Source of the DNA: Tubulanus polymorphus
Lineage: Eukaryota > Animalia > Nemertea
Assembly: GCF_964204645.1 (NCBI RefSeq)
Contig: NC_134027.1
Span: 13,548,485-13,612,484 of the forward strand
Direction: 5' to 3'
DNA length: 64,000 nt
Part shown: piece after piece, positions 62,601-64,000 of the stretch
How positions within the stretch are numbered: the first letter of the stretch is position 1
How the letters are laid out: each line of letters starts with the position of its first letter
Program-made: the position numbers and the translations under genes
Notes under the pieces: generated by a model
Told to the model about the DNA's origin: nothing
The model's input: only the letters and a program-made list of their open reading frames with translations
Database searches by the model: none

Positions 62601-64000
62601 TATTTAAGTGAATACCAGAAGAAAATAAAACCGAAAGATCATGTTTTTACAGAAAAATTAATACTTACTCAAAATAATAAATACAATTATATTGTTTATT
62701 ATAGAATGTTAAAATTGTATCTAAAACAAGGAATGAAATTAACGAAAGTACATAGATATATTGAATTTAATCAATCGAAGTGGTTAGAAAATATATAGAT
62801 TGATAGATTAATACTCAACAGAGAACCAAATCAAAAACAGATTTTTAAAAAGATTTCTTCAAATTAATGAAAAACAGTTTTTATGGAAAAACATGTGAAA
62901 ATATTAGAACTAGAAATGATATTGAATAAGTAAATAATTCTGAACGATTAAGACATTTACAATCAAGTCCTAGACATTTAGGAAATAAAAGATTTGAAGA
63001 TTATTTAACAGCAGTAAAATTAAAAAGAACGTCAATGGAATTTAATAAACCTTTATTCATTGGTTCAACTTTGTTAGAAGTATCAAAATGTACGATTTTT
63101 ATTATAATGTTTTACAACCTCTTTTTAGGGAAAAGCATATTGAAATATTATATTTTGATTCTGTTACAGCTGACACCCCAATATTATTAAAATGTAATGA
63201 TAAAATATTGATAAGAAGAATTTCAGAAATAATTCCAAAGCAAAAGGAACGTTATATTTCATATGGTGAAAAAGAATCAATACAAATATATGGATTAATG
63301 GATGTTTGGACAAGAAATGGATGGAAAAAATTAAAGAATATTATTAGGCATAAAACAAATAAGAAAATCTATAGAGTTAGAACTAAATTAGGGTTAGTAG
63401 ATGTTACAGAAGATCATAGTTTAATTAAACGAAATGGTGATGAAATAAAACCAACTGATATAATAATTGGAGATGAATTATTACATAAAAGATTTTTCCA
63501 AAGAATGAATCATATGTCATTTGTTGAAATAATTGATAATATTTATAATATAGAACCCGAAACATTAGAAGAAAAAGAATATTTTATCAAAGGATTTTTT
63601 TATGGGAGATGGTTCAGCAGGTGTATATTATTATGTTTGGGGTAATAAATATTGTTGGTATGTATGCAATCAAGATTTGAAATTATTAGAAAGAATAAAG
63701 AAATATTGTGAAGAAGTTTATTCGCACAAAGTTTTCAAAATCATAGATGTTATGAAATCATCGCAATGTTATAGAATACATGTGAATAATCCTAACGAAT
63801 TCTATATTCATGCAATAGTGATAAGTAATACTTCAACCAAAGAAAAGATAGTTCCAGATTATGTATTAAATGCAAAATATAATTCAAGAAAATGGTTCTT
63901 CATTGGATTTTATGCAGCAGATGGTTCAAAAACCGCAAAACAATATCTTTAGCTCAGAAAGGAAAATGTGCAATAAGTGGGTTAAATGTGTTATGTAGTT
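59625..64000 (+). pseudogene. polB: pPolB of A3 with multiple frameshifts and stops
   Basis: Same motifs as A2; retains ~280 bp that A2 lacks near 34665. Confidence 0.93.
63160..64000 (+). mobile_element. Second copy of the PolB intein (5' part, frameshifted)
   Basis: YFD|SVTADTPILL, VTEDHSL, GFFMGDGS, FIGFYAADGS. Confidence 0.93.

Larger units (their letters stand above)
59543..64000 (+). mobile_element. Polinton copy A3, left end, running off the window
   Basis: Diverged left TIR agtaattagaaaagtggggtttcagatc... followed by pPolB. Confidence 0.92.

Overview
Eukaryotic, probably invertebrate-animal, repeat-dense region with no recognisable host gene. It is dominated by decaying copies of an AT-rich Polinton/Maverick (adintovirus-like) endogenous virus. 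One copy (A2, 33060-46152) keeps both ~90-bp TIRs and a 6-bp TSD (TATGTT). Partial copies are A0 (1-253), A1 (~3040-20674) and A3 (59543 to the window end). A divergent relative B (~28700-47070) is the element A2 inserted into, and a remnant C lies at ~20675-22404. Nested among them are a near-intact Tx1/L1-clade retrotransposon, a truncated CR1-like LINE, a full-length BEL/Pao LTR element, two Mutator-like non-autonomous transposons, and THAP and YqaJ remnants. Highlights: (1) the protein-primed DNA polymerase carries a 355-aa LAGLIDADG intein in catalytic motif C (YFD|S...N|TD), present in two divergent copies; (2) almost every Polinton gene starts at a T-run + TAAATG motif resembling poxvirus late promoters, and a VLTF3-like gene is present, suggesting a hyperparasite of a large cytoplasmic DNA virus; (3) a non-coding interval holds a GC-rich structured RNA candidate and is bracketed by a covarying ~75-nt motif shared between families. 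All calls were made by eye; no searches or folding programs were run.
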